Below, piece by piece: positions 1 through 11,046 of a DNA stretch of 64,000 nucleotides. Location of the stretch: the NCBI GenBank assembly GCA_020184695.1, contig JAANOX010000117.1:124001-188000 (forward strand), given 5' to 3'. Under the pieces are notes generated by a model. That model was not told where the DNA came from, ran no database searches, and worked only from the letters and a program-made list of their open reading frames with translations. This DNA comes from Histomonas meleagridis 2922-C6/04-290x (taxonomy: Eukaryota > Protista > Parabasalia). The translations under genes and the position numbers were made by a program. The first letter of the stretch is position 1. The number at the start of each line of letters is the position of its first letter.

Positions 1-153
1 TTGCGACTAAAATTGACAAGGTTTGTCTGTAGCAAAAAACGATTGTCCAAAATTTTTTGGTCGTTTAAAAATGACTAAAAACAAAGGGGCTACGCTGTCA
101 CTTTTTGTAACACATCACTTTTTTGGTTCATTTTTTTCCTCCCAGAAACAAAA

Positions 154-2507
154 ATGGGTAATGATCTAAGTATTATACCAACACACAAAACTGTGCAACC
201 TTCTGAGCCCCAATTTACTCCAAATGAAGAATATATTTCTTATTTGAAAGATATTGAACAAATTCTTATCAGTTTAAGTGAAAGTAATGTTGAATCACAA
301 GCTCAATTAGCAATCAGTAAGTTCGATGTTAATTTTCCAGATTCTTTTAATCTTATTATTAGTAGATTAATTATTTCATCATATATTTCACAAAAGAAAG
401 ATATAAATGTAACACCATATATTGAATTTTTAAAGACAATGGAAGAGAAAGAAAAAGATATTAATACCAGTATTCACACAATAACAGATATTTTTATTTG
501 GTATCTTCAACATTCGGTTCAACAATCAAATTATTTTTTACAAAATATGTTAGAACAAAATTTGTGCAAACCAAAAATCATCAAAAACATCAACTCTCCT
601 TATTTTTTTCATATGAAGACTAAAGAAGAAATTCATAGAATAGGTATACGCAAGCCACCACGTTTTTACCATGATTTTCTTTCAAGTATTCAAACTCTTG
701 AAAAAGATGATTGGAAACTTCATAAAGAATTAATTCACAAAGGAGTTAATCCATCTGAGATTGCAATAATAATTCGAAACGATGATGTTAAAAAGCTACA
801 AGAAATATCTTCGCAAAATAATTTTGATTTCAACCAAAAGGTGGAACCATCTCTTTATGAAAGATATAATTATATTAATTTTTCTGAAGTATCTCTTATT
901 GAATATGCAGCATTCTTCGGCTCGATTGAATGTTTTAAGTTTTTAATGTTAAATAACTCTTCTTTGGATAAATGTGGTAAATATGCAATTGCAGGTGGTA
1001 ACTTAGAAATAATTCATCTTTGTGAACAAAGTCATTCTACATTTGCAGATTCATTAGATGCAGCTATAATTTTTCATCGAAATGATATATTTAAATATTT
1101 ATATGATCACAATATTGGGAATATCAAAAAATTGGAATTATATGGAAGAATTTGTATTGAAAATAATAATTTTGAGATTTTATCATATTTGGAAGAAAAA
1201 GGAATTAAAATTACAGAACTAATGCCTTGCATAGCAGCAGAAAATGGAAATTTATTTTTAATAAAACACTTTATTGGTGAAAATCAATATCCGAATAATA
1301 TTTTGGGTTATTCTGCATCTTTTGGAAGTGCAGAACTTGTTAAATATATTCTAAAGCAAAATGGAATTAACATAAATACGAAACATGAAGTTTATTTAAA
1401 TATTCCTATATTATTTAAAAATATTTGGAATTTTTTCATAACATTTAAAACAGCACTTATGATTGCTTGTGAAAAATGTCATTATGAGGTTGTAGAAGTT
1501 CTTCTTAAAGAAGAAGGAATCGATATAAATGCTAAAGATATTTACATTTTTCATTTGATTTATAATTGATTCCTTCAATGTTTTAACAAAATATTTAAAC
1601 TTTTTTGTTGTTTTTTGGAACAGCACTTATGAAAGCATGTGAAAGTGGAAATTGCAAAATTGTAAAATTACTTCTTAAGCAAAAAGGAATTGATCTTAAT
1701 GCTAAGAATGTTTTAATGGTTAATTTATATTTTATTCCTTAAATTTTATACTTAATAATATTTTTTGAAATTTATTCATTTTATTGATGTCAGCATTTCT
1801 GTATGCATGCAAAAATGATAAAATAAAATTAATTAAATTACTATTAGAACAAGAAGGTATTGATATAAATGCAAAAAATGTCTTTTAGTTTATTCTAATG
1901 CATTTTTTCCATTGTATTTGGAATACAAATATAATTCTTTTTACAGCACTCATATTTGTATCAGCTTTCGGATACTGTGATATTCTCAAATTATTACTTA
2001 AACAAAAAGGTGTTAATATTAATGAGAAAAATGTCTATTTAAATGAATTAATTTTTGTTAACAAAATTTTATATTTAAAGTTTTTATTTGTTTCTCCACT
2101 TATTATTGCATCTCAAGAAGGTAATGTAGAAATTGTTAAAATCCTTCTTGAACAAGATGGCATTGACATAAATTTAAAAAATGTTTCTCTGTTTTATTTA
2201 TAATATGTTGATGTAACTTGATGTTTTAAGATAGAATTTGGAAATTATTCAAAACATTTGAAACAGCTCTTATAAGGGCATCTCAAACAGGCAAAACAGA
2301 AATAGTTAAACTCCTTCTTGAACAAAAAGGAATTGATGTTAATATTAAAGATATTTATATATTTTATTGAAAATTTAGCATATTAATTTTATGTTTCAAA
2401 TTAATGTTTGAAATTTATTTAAATTTTTTCGAACAGCACTTATGTGGGCAACGCAAAAAGGCAATAATGATATAGTAAAATTATTCGTTGAAAGAGGAAA
2501 TAATTAA
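154..2507 (+). CDS. DUF3447-type/ankyrin-repeat protein; 7 hairpin loops interrupted by 17+3-nt codon cassettes (642 aa after removing 25 spacers)
   Basis: ORF 154-1569 has trichomonad ankyrin N-domain motifs (GVNPSEIAIIIRNDD, IEYAAFFGSIECFKFL, YAIAGGNLEIIHLCEQ). Downstream 90-nt TAL...NAKD segments are all open. Removing 25x17 nt from 2354 nt leaves 1929 nt = 643 codons, ending at TAA 2505-2507. Confidence 0.85.
1390..2432 (+). other. Seven codon-cassette inserts (1390-1449, 1540-1619, 1710-1789, 1880-1942, 2033-2092, 2183-2262, 2353-2432)
   Basis: Lengths are 60, 80, 80, 63, 60, 80, 80 nt with 20-nt periodicity, mostly ending TTT-NNN. Triplets give loops YGK, DNKG, IYEM, N(FG)F, NYV, IDGE, KYER. 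Confidence 0.85.
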
Positions 2508-2716
2508 ATTTGGATACTTGGTGAACTTATTTTTGGTTCTGGATTAATAAATAAATTTTAAAATATATCAATTTTTTGTACATGAATTTTATTGTGTGAT
2601 TTTTTCACGAGATGTTAGCAAATTTATATACACAATAAAGATAAAAATATAAATATATGTGAGCATTAAAATTTAAAGAAACATTAAAAGTTTAACATTT
2701 ATGTAAAAATATTCAA

Positions 2717-3373
2717 TTAGAAATTCTGTTGTGCAGGATATTTTGTTCTGCCGTATAAAGCGTCGACAGGTGAATCCAAGTACTTCTTCCTTGAATTTCT
2801 GAAGCACGCCGGATAAGACTTTTGACTTCTTGAAAAGACTTCGTTGAATATGTTTGGTGATGGTTCATATGGATGGATGAACATGCATTTATTTCCAATT
2901 TGACACTCTTTGTATTTAAGAACATTGTAGCAAATCGCAGAAGAGATACGCGCAACAGGTGATAATGAAACATGTATTTTTCTGCCGGCATAATATTGTC
3001 CATCAAGGGCCATCTGAGCAGCATATGCTGCGTCGGATTCATGGAAAATTGCAATGATGTTCCCGAATAAATTATCTGATTTGTTACCGGCTATTACCAT
3101 ATCATCTAATAATCCGAATTCCATTAACATAATAGAAACATCTAAAAACACCGCATCAATAAGGCGTTGCTTTGTATTATCATCAATCTCTAAAACACCT
3201 TTAGGAAGCATTCTTAGAAATAGATCGGGATCTGGAAAAATATGATGAAGAATGATTGTCCGACTTAATGGTGCATTTCTATGTGTTTTATTACACACAT
3301 CTAGGTTTGGACAACACCCTATTTTTTCATAAAATTCGCAATATGTTGTATCTTTTGTATCATCTATTTCCAT
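2717..3373 (-). CDS. U2AF1: U2 snRNP auxiliary factor small subunit (U2AF35-like)
   Basis: CCCH finger (CEFYEKIGCCPNLDVCNKTH), UHM/RRM (GNIIAIF...YAGRKIHVSLSPV), second CCCH finger (CYNVLKYKECQIGNKCMFIH). Confidence 0.85.
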   Translation of the reverse strand: MEIDDTKDTTYCEFYEKIGCCPNLDVCNKTHRNAPLSRTIILHHIFPDPDLFLRMLPKGVLEIDDNTKQRLIDAVFLDVSIMLMEFGLLDDMVIAGNKSDNLFGNIIAIFHESDAAYAAQMALDGQYYAGRKIHVSLSPVARISSAICYNVLKYKECQIGNKCMFIHPYEPSPNIFNEVFSRSQKSYPACFRNSRKKYLDSPVDALYGRTKYPAQQNF

Positions 3374-3500
3374 CTTCTTCTTTTTGGGGACGATAGAGGC
3401 ATTCAGTTTATTTTACGGCTTCCTGATTATCAAAAAGTTAATCAGCACTTTTAGTATGACATATTTATTTTCATTGAATTTTTCTGCCTTTTCCCTCACA

Positions 3501-5375
3501 ATGCAATGGGCGAAACCAGATCTTTCTCATCATTGCACTGAAACAACAATGTCTGTACTTTCTTTATGTAACTTTGGTGTTGAGAGTCCCCACTTATTGG
3601 CAATTGGTGGGAATTTAGGAACAATTGATGTTATTGATTTAAAAAACCGAAGCTCACTTGCATCTTTTGTTGAAATGCACCAAAGCAATGTCCTTGGTGT
3701 AGAGTTTCATCACAAAGATCATTTAATCAGTTATGACAATTTTGATTTTTTACATATTGATCTTGAAACAAGTAATAGATCACAAATATTTGGAACAGAA
3801 AAATCAGTCAATGGATTTACTTTTTCCTCTGCAAATTCCCCAATTATTGCATTTTCCAATGAAAACTTATATCTATGCGATTTACGCTCAGCTCCTACAG
3901 AACTTATGGAAAACCCAAGAGGCGAAATAACAGAGCTTTGTCTTCTTCCTGATGACTTTACACTTACTGCTATTCAAGCCAAAAGTCTTGTTATCACCGA
4001 TTTACGACGACCAGACAAATTTTATTCTTTAAACCTTCCTCAATCCTTTGAAAAGCTTACGTGTAATTCTCATTATCTTGCAGCTATTTCTAGTGATCCT
4101 GTATTATATTCATTTGAACTTCCTCTTTGTCCAGCCATTCCTAAACAACTTCTAGTGTTTGATAGCGGATACATCATCAAACCATCCTTCTTTGGTGACT
4201 TAATTCTTACGCCTGACGCATCAGGAGCGATATACGCAATTGAGCCGGAAACCGTCGAAATTGATGTGCTAACCGTCGACCAGCAAGGGCCGATTGTTTC
4301 CATCACTTCTAATTCGTCTGAGATTGCTATTTCATATGAGGATGACATATATGTGTTTTCCTCATTTCCTTTTGAAGATAATTTAATTCGTCCACGTATT
4401 GATGATGAAGACGATTTATTCTTCCCATCAGATTTTGTCGAAGAGGAAGAAGAACAGTCTGATTGGACAACTCAGAACAATGAAATAGTAATTGAATCAG
4501 GTGAATGTACATATGAAAAATACGGATATTTCGATCAACAAATATTCGTTTGTTATACATGTATGGCTAAAGAAAATGGACGTCTTTTCGGTATATGTGA
4601 ACAATGTGCTAAGATATGCCATGATGGACATGATGTTCATGCAATCGGATCTCGAAGAAGATTTAGATGTGATTGTGGAAATGACAGAGCACATGGAAAT
4701 TGCCGTAATATGTTTGAACCAAAGACAACAGAGAATCCAAGAAATCATTATAATCATAACTTTAATGAAAAATGGTGTTATTGTGATAAGCCAGATGACC
4801 GAACTGAGCCTATGGTTCAATGCATTTGCTGTGACGATTGGTATCATCATACATGCATTGGGATGTATAGTGAAAACAGATGTATTTTATTGGAAATGTT
4901 CCCTCAATTGGACGATTGGGTTTTTGTATGCAATAACTGCTCCGATACAAGATTGAAGTTTTTAAACGGCTTCAGAGATGGTGAAATACCAAGTGAAATT
5001 CGGGAGTACGTTTACGAGATGCAAAGAGATTTTGGTATTGATCCAAATGATGGCGATGAAAATAAGGAAGGCGTAGGATTTAGACTTCTAGGTGGTAGGT
5101 GGATAAGCAAAGAACAATTTTCTTCATTTGCTGGAAAATATGAAGAATATGATAAAGAATTTGGTGATTTTGATACAACAGAAGAAGACCTTGCGTTACC
5201 AAAAACAAAGAAACAAGAAGCTTTTGCAAAGATTTTCAAGGATTTATACACAAATATGTTCCGAAATGTATCAGGAAATAATAGAACTATAATACAAAGG
5301 TCTGATGTTCAAGAGGCAATAAGCCAAAGTGTTTCAAGATTTATGAGACAACAAAGAGATCCCGATGAAGAATAA
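3501..5375 (+). CDS. WD40-like N-terminus fused to UBR-box + PHD (UBR7-like) protein
   Basis: UBR box CTYEKYGY..QQIFVCYTC..CEQCAKICHDGH..RRRFRCDCG; PHD-like WCYCDKPD..MVQCICCDDWYHHTC; beta-propeller-like N-terminal ~300 aa. ATG placed at 3501. Confidence 0.75.
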   Translation: MQWAKPDLSHHCTETTMSVLSLCNFGVESPHLLAIGGNLGTIDVIDLKNRSSLASFVEMHQSNVLGVEFHHKDHLISYDNFDFLHIDLETSNRSQIFGTEKSVNGFTFSSANSPIIAFSNENLYLCDLRSAPTELMENPRGEITELCLLPDDFTLTAIQAKSLVITDLRRPDKFYSLNLPQSFEKLTCNSHYLAAISSDPVLYSFELPLCPAIPKQLLVFDSGYIIKPSFFGDLILTPDASGAIYAIEPETVEIDVLTVDQQGPIVSITSNSSEIAISYEDDIYVFSSFPFEDNLIRPRIDDEDDLFFPSDFVEEEEEQSDWTTQNNEIVIESGECTYEKYGYFDQQIFVCYTCMAKENGRLFGICEQCAKICHDGHDVHAIGSRRRFRCDCGNDRAHGNCRNMFEPKTTENPRNHYNHNFNEKWCYCDKPDDRTEPMVQCICCDDWYHHTCIGMYSENRCILLEMFPQLDDWVFVCNNCSDTRLKFLNGFRDGEIPSEIREYVYEMQRDFGIDPNDGDENKEGVGFRLLGGRWISKEQFSSFAGKYEEYDKEFGDFDTTEEDLALPKTKKQEAFAKIFKDLYTNMFRNVSGNNRTIIQRSDVQEAISQSVSRFMRQQRDPDEE

Positions 5376-5601
5376 TTATTAATTGTTAGTAAATTTAAAT
5401 TAATTTTTGATGTTTTTCATGTAAATGTAAAACAATAGTGTGGTTTTCTTCTTTATCATATGTAATTAAGATAAAAGAAGATGTAAAGTTAGTTAAACAA
5501 ATGTTTGGTAATTCAATGGTTTACATTTGTGTAAGCACGTTACTGTCCACATCACATGTCCCTTCTTGCATTGAATTTTATTGTAAACACAAAAATAATA
5601 A

Positions 5602-8244
5602 ATGGAGAAAATTGATAAGGATCTCATAGTTTTCGAATCAAATAATACTGATAATCATCAAGGCACAAGGAGCGGACCTTCTCCCGATGTTTTTCATACA
5701 GAAAATAAATCAAATTTTGATTACAACTTTAAACAAAAGAAATCTGATGGAGACCAAGCACGGGTTAGTAGGACTCCCATTAAAATGCGCCGTAATAAAT
5801 TTTTAGAAAAACCGCCAAATGCAAAACATCTCATGAAAATGGTTCCAAGTGAAGAAATATTAATACCATCTAATTCAAGTATGGAAATTAGTGAACCAGT
5901 TCCACCTCGTCCCACAAAATTTTTAGATAAAGAAGATTCTTTATTAGATTTATCCCTTATTGAAATTCCTAAATCACCACCCACTCAATCCCCGCAATGG
6001 GTACTTAATATTCTCAGTCGTATTTCCAATCTCCTTTCAAATCAAGCCTCGATTACCATTCATCGCTCCAAACTTTTTTCATTATTTGATGATTTCCGTT
6101 CACTATCACGTAATTTTTTCCCTAATACTTTACTTGATTCATCTATTTTAGGACCTGCGTGTCATTTATTTGTTGAAACTCTTGAAAAAGCGCGCCAACT
6201 TGTATACAATTGTTCTGCATCGCATTGGAGTCAATCCGCCATTATGTGGCATACTAATTATGCGTGCACGTCCATACGACGCATTCGCGAAGACACTAAT
6301 GAATGTCTTATTTCATTACAATGTCAAAATGCCCCAAATTTCATTAAATCGGACGAAGAACTTAAAGCGCAAAACAACGTCGATTTACTTCGTTTAAAAG
6401 GCACATTAATGAATTATCTAACACGTGTTGATGAACAAGAGAACAAAACTCCGAAAATGGAACAAATTGAACAATTAATTAAAGAACGAATTCGTTCCAT
6501 TGGACCAATTGAAGGACTTTATGATGGACCTGCAGTAGTATCGATTCCACCATTTTTACCCTCGAAACTTAACTTAGTTTTAAAGCACGAAGATTTCGAA
6601 CTTGGTAAAATCATTGGGAGTGGAACTTTTGGATGTGTTTATCGTGGAATCTTAAAATCGACGAATCAGAAAGTCGCAATTAAAGTGTTAAACACGAATT
6701 CATTAGGCGGACGACAATTAGAAACATTTAAACGAGAAGTATGGACAATGGCCAATTTAAATCATCCGTCCATATTACGATTATTAGGTGTAACACTTAC
6801 TGCACCATTTTGTATTGTTACCGAACTATTAAAATGTAGTTTATTTGATAAGATGAAATATCTCTCAGCTACAAAGAAGTCAATTATTGCATGTAAAGTC
6901 TCACAAGCTATGGAACAATTACATTCGGCAAGAATTATACATCGCGATTTAAAAAGCGCAAATATATTATTAGATGATGATGACCTTCCACGCGTTTGTG
7001 ATTTTGGATTAGTCGGATTTAAAACAGGTGGAACTAAAACAGGTTTCATAGGTACAGCACAATGGATGGCACCAGAAATATTACGTTCATCACCATTTTA
7101 TGATGAGAAAGTAGATGTATATAGTTTTGGGATTCTTTTATGGGAACTTTTGACATTATCTGTACCATATAATGGTATGACACAAGATCAAATGGTTATG
7201 TCTATCATTGAACATGGCGCACGACCTGAAATACCATTAAATGCAGGTCCGCCTAAATTAATTAACTTAATGAAAAGATGTTGGAGTGAAGATCCGATTG
7301 AACGTCCTTCATTTCAACAAATATCAATAATATTATATTCTCCTGATGTTCATTTCATTGGCACGAATGAAATTGAATTTTCGGAAAAGACTCCACATGA
7401 ATCACTTTCATCAAGTATAATTTCTGCGTTTGATACATGTAATTGGAAATTACTTGATGAATTAATATTAGAAATTACTCCGGAAAAGTTCGACGAAGAT
7501 AATGAATTAATTGATACTATTGTTTCATTGTTTCCGAACTTCGATAGTGAACGCCAAGCGAATATTATATTACATTTACCACAAATGGTTGACTTACAAT
7601 CATTTTTATGTTTAAAAGGATATCAATTCATTGTGAGTTTGTTCTCTTATACAAGTATAGTGATTGAAGCTATAGTTAATACCTTGAAAACACTCGATTT
7701 ATCATCGAAAGGTTTCCGACAAGTGAAACTTTTGAACACTATTGCGCATTCTAAAAACGAAGCTGCATTAGAACTATGTATTGACTTATGTCAATTCTTT
7801 GATATTGCGAAATATATCACCGAAAATGATTTACCAATACCTTATGAAGGATTGTTAACATTGTTATTATATAAACAATTGTTGTCTTTCCAAGAATTAA
7901 GGTCGAAAATTAGCCACTTTAATCAGCCTTTGTTCTTGGCAAGATTATACATATTACAAAACCCAATTTTGGTATGCGAATGTTTGATGAATTATACGTT
8001 TCTGATGGAACAATCAAATATTATAGTGAAGTTGAATTTGATCCCTTTGTTCATCGAAACTAGTAAAATTACTGATCAGGCATTGCATATATTGGCTAAA
8101 ATGTTCGTAGTATGTACAATCGATCAGTTGTCGAATTATAGACAAATGATAGCGGAAATGGTAAGAAAACATAAGAATTTCTTCGATCAGGAAAACATTT
8201 TGTTGAAGTTACTGTCATTGGAAAAAATTAATGTTAGTAAATAA
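5602..8244 (+). CDS. TKL-family protein kinase with helical C-terminal region
   Basis: GSGTFG, VAIK, HRDLKSAN, DFG and GTAQWMAPE motifs all intact. Confidence 0.9.
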   Translation: MEKIDKDLIVFESNNTDNHQGTRSGPSPDVFHTENKSNFDYNFKQKKSDGDQARVSRTPIKMRRNKFLEKPPNAKHLMKMVPSEEILIPSNSSMEISEPVPPRPTKFLDKEDSLLDLSLIEIPKSPPTQSPQWVLNILSRISNLLSNQASITIHRSKLFSLFDDFRSLSRNFFPNTLLDSSILGPACHLFVETLEKARQLVYNCSASHWSQSAIMWHTNYACTSIRRIREDTNECLISLQCQNAPNFIKSDEELKAQNNVDLLRLKGTLMNYLTRVDEQENKTPKMEQIEQLIKERIRSIGPIEGLYDGPAVVSIPPFLPSKLNLVLKHEDFELGKIIGSGTFGCVYRGILKSTNQKVAIKVLNTNSLGGRQLETFKREVWTMANLNHPSILRLLGVTLTAPFCIVTELLKCSLFDKMKYLSATKKSIIACKVSQAMEQLHSARIIHRDLKSANILLDDDDLPRVCDFGLVGFKTGGTKTGFIGTAQWMAPEILRSSPFYDEKVDVYSFGILLWELLTLSVPYNGMTQDQMVMSIIEHGARPEIPLNAGPPKLINLMKRCWSEDPIERPSFQQISIILYSPDVHFIGTNEIEFSEKTPHESLSSSIISAFDTCNWKLLDELILEITPEKFDEDNELIDTIVSLFPNFDSERQANIILHLPQMVDLQSFLCLKGYQFIVSLFSYTSIVIEAIVNTLKTLDLSSKGFRQVKLLNTIAHSKNEAALELCIDLCQFFDIAKYITENDLPIPYEGLLTLLLYKQLLSFQELRSKISHFNQPLFLARLYILQNPILVCECLMNYTFLMEQSNIIVKLNLIPLFIETSKITDQALHILAKMFVVCTIDQLSNYRQMIAEMVRKHKNFFDQENILLKLLSLEKINVSK

Positions 8245-8564
8245 ATATCATGGATTAATTGCGTTAAATGAGATTACATATTATGTGTTTGTTCCTTTTA
8301 AAGATTTACTGAAAATGAATAATTTTATATATCAATAAAATGAATAATATTCATTTGTTTCTAAAATATCTTTTATATATTAAACAAATAAAATGCAATT
8401 TTTCCTTGAGAAAACTTTAAAAATTCTGTGGATAACATTAAGAACGGATTTTTAAAGAAGAAACGCAAAATTCTTTCTTCATGAAATAAAAAGTGACGTT
8501 TTAACAGTCAGACCAAAAAAACACTTTTTTAAAGTGTAATAGAAAAGTGACGAATTGATAATTT

Positions 8565-10424
8565 ATGTCAACTGCTGTTCCAAATAATAATCAATCAATT
8601 GTAAGACAGTACATTCACCCATCGCATTTTTGCTTGCCTGTGCAAAAAAGAGATTTACAAAAAATGAAAATTCCTTTTGTTATTGGTGTAACTCCATTTC
8701 CAAAAGGAGCTCCAAACCCTCCAGTAGCACCTTATAAATTCCAAAGAGCACCTATTTGCAGAAGATGTCACGGTCTTGCAAGTAATATGTTTATTCAATG
8801 TCCAGATGGTAATTATCTGTGTCAAATATGCTCTAAGAAATCTAAACTCCTTTTGGGTCCAAATATGGTTTCTGAGTCACCACAATTCAAAGAAAATGTT
8901 TACGACATTAATTTCCCAGATTCACCACAAAGAGAAGCCAATTTCAAAGGAGTTCAACTTGAAAGCAAGCTCCACTTACTTGTTATTGAAAAGACACAAG
9001 CGACATGTGATAATAATCTTTTTATGAATACATTAACTAACTTTAGTCAAAAAATCGATAAAATTGAAGATGGCTTTGTATCTGTTTTCACATTTGATGA
9101 AACATTAACTGTTCCTCTTGTTAAAGAAACTTCTTTTTCACTTCAATCATATTGTGATTTAGATGGTGCTATTCTCCCAGATGCTAAAAAGCTTTTCTTC
9201 GACCTTAGCCGACAAAAAGAACTATTCTTTTCATACATAAACCTTCTCCTTCGCCTCCAACCACGTAAACCGTCGCTTAACGTCTTCAATGTTGTCTTAA
9301 CGGTCTCCACTTTTAGCAGCAAACTTGGAATTTCATCTTTAATCGTTACTTCTTTAAATCCTATTGGTACATCCGATAAATATCGCGAGTTAGGACTTCA
9401 ATCTCTAAAAATTTCGTCACCACTTAACATATGTTGTGTAACTCCTCTACAATACCAACCCGATTATACTCCTTTATCAGAACTTTCATTGATTTCTAAT
9501 GCTCATGTTTCTATCTATACCCAAGATCAACTTGATACGTTACCAAATATATTTGTTGATACATTATTTCGACCAAAATATTCCAATACCTTTATATATG
9601 CTGTTGTGCCACCACAGTTTAAGATCGTTGACATCAAAGGCCCAGGTCTTCGACGGTCTGACAAATCTTTTGTCATTCCATCCATTCAAGAGGACGACAC
9701 CATCTACTTTTATCTTGACTATGATGTCTCCAGGCTTGACATGACCTCACCCTCTGTTCAATTTCAATTTCGATATTATGATGGATATCATCAACGAATT
9801 GCGCGAATCATGTCATTCAACTTTTCACTGTCAGACAACATGCATGCTACCTCCATTAACTGTGATTATGATGTTTTCATCTCGAGTGCCATTATATCTT
9901 CCATTGATAAAGCTCGTGAAACTGATGATCCGCAATCAGCGTTAACTGAACTTAATAATTTGCGTAATAATTTCTTCAATGATAACTTTGCCAAACTATT
10001 TTTATATAATCAGCCATCTTTTATACTTGAGAAAGTTCTCAAATCATTTAACAACGCTGTTAAACTTTTGACAAGCGATAACTTCTCATATTTGATGGGT
10101 AATTCACCATATAATATATCACTTTTCTTTGTGCCAATTGCATACACATTTAACTTAAATAGCGTCGAAATGAAAGGGCCATTCACATTACCAAGCGTAG
10201 GACTCCAAACCGGTGCAATATATGTGAAGTTGTCGAGCGAAAGAGCTGCGATATTACTCGCAAAGGATGAAAACGTGCAGCAATGGGCGGAGGCTGTGAA
10301 CGCGCCACCAGTGAGTGAGCTAATAGCGCAGGTATGCCAAGAAAGAGTTATAGAAATATTGTCGCCATTGACATCGGCAAAACATCCAATGTATCAACAT
10401 ATAATGAAATGTATGTTACCTTAA
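8565..10424 (+). CDS. Divergent Sec23/Sec24-family protein
   Basis: KIPFVIGVTPF followed by zinc finger CRRC...CQIC, then trunk/vWA-like and beta-sandwich-like regions. Confidence 0.65.
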   Translation: MSTAVPNNNQSIVRQYIHPSHFCLPVQKRDLQKMKIPFVIGVTPFPKGAPNPPVAPYKFQRAPICRRCHGLASNMFIQCPDGNYLCQICSKKSKLLLGPNMVSESPQFKENVYDINFPDSPQREANFKGVQLESKLHLLVIEKTQATCDNNLFMNTLTNFSQKIDKIEDGFVSVFTFDETLTVPLVKETSFSLQSYCDLDGAILPDAKKLFFDLSRQKELFFSYINLLLRLQPRKPSLNVFNVVLTVSTFSSKLGISSLIVTSLNPIGTSDKYRELGLQSLKISSPLNICCVTPLQYQPDYTPLSELSLISNAHVSIYTQDQLDTLPNIFVDTLFRPKYSNTFIYAVVPPQFKIVDIKGPGLRRSDKSFVIPSIQEDDTIYFYLDYDVSRLDMTSPSVQFQFRYYDGYHQRIARIMSFNFSLSDNMHATSINCDYDVFISSAIISSIDKARETDDPQSALTELNNLRNNFFNDNFAKLFLYNQPSFILEKVLKSFNNAVKLLTSDNFSYLMGNSPYNISLFFVPIAYTFNLNSVEMKGPFTLPSVGLQTGAIYVKLSSERAAILLAKDENVQQWAEAVNAPPVSELIAQVCQERVIEILSPLTSAKHPMYQHIMKCMLP

Positions 10425-11046
10425 AATAAATAAATAAATTTTTATGATGTAAATGTAAATCAGATTTTGATGGTCCGTTCTCGTTTTTTGCATTGTTTGT
10501 CATTTTATAATATTTTATGTTATTTCCAAAGATTATATTGAATCTTAATAATATTATAAAGTATTAGTATTACATAGAGGGCGTTAAAAAAAAAGTTGAG
10601 TGAAAATCAGTAAATTTTTTGTTTTTCTCAGTGAATATTCAATATTTTTTAAAAAATATCTTCTAGAGAAGTTGTTTTTACTATTTTCTACTGGGAATAT
10701 AATATCGATCGAAAAAAATAGTGGCTTTTTGAATAGTATTGATCGGTAAGTGAGCGTAAACAAACACATATATCTTGGGAAAAAATCGAGTTCAAGAATA
10801 AAACATTGTTCCTTTTACTTCATAAGTACGTTAATATTATATATAAAATTAAAGCAAATTTGAGAAAATATTTTAATTTCTTGGAAAACATCACCTACAT
10901 AACTACAACACAATGACTAACCTAATGCCCTCACTTAGTATTGGTATATATAAAATATAAAATATTTAATATCTTTGATTATGTGGATTTGGTATCGTTC
11001 AAAAATGCACGTTAAGAAAATTCAGTAACGTTCGAAACAGAGTTAA

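Noticed and set aside
1390-2432. Ankyrin inserts as ordinary GT-AG (or AT-AC) introns ending at ACAG
   Set aside because: About half start with AT. The AG comes from Thr-Ala codons and is missing before TCTCCA, ACACCA and AATGCT. These junctions shift the frame, there is no ACTAAC branch motif, and wholesale removal would delete the conserved Gly.
2717-3373. Functional link between U2AF35 and the adjacent cassette-bearing ankyrin gene
   Set aside because: Adjacency alone is weak evidence in a eukaryote; the family is scattered next to many unrelated genes.
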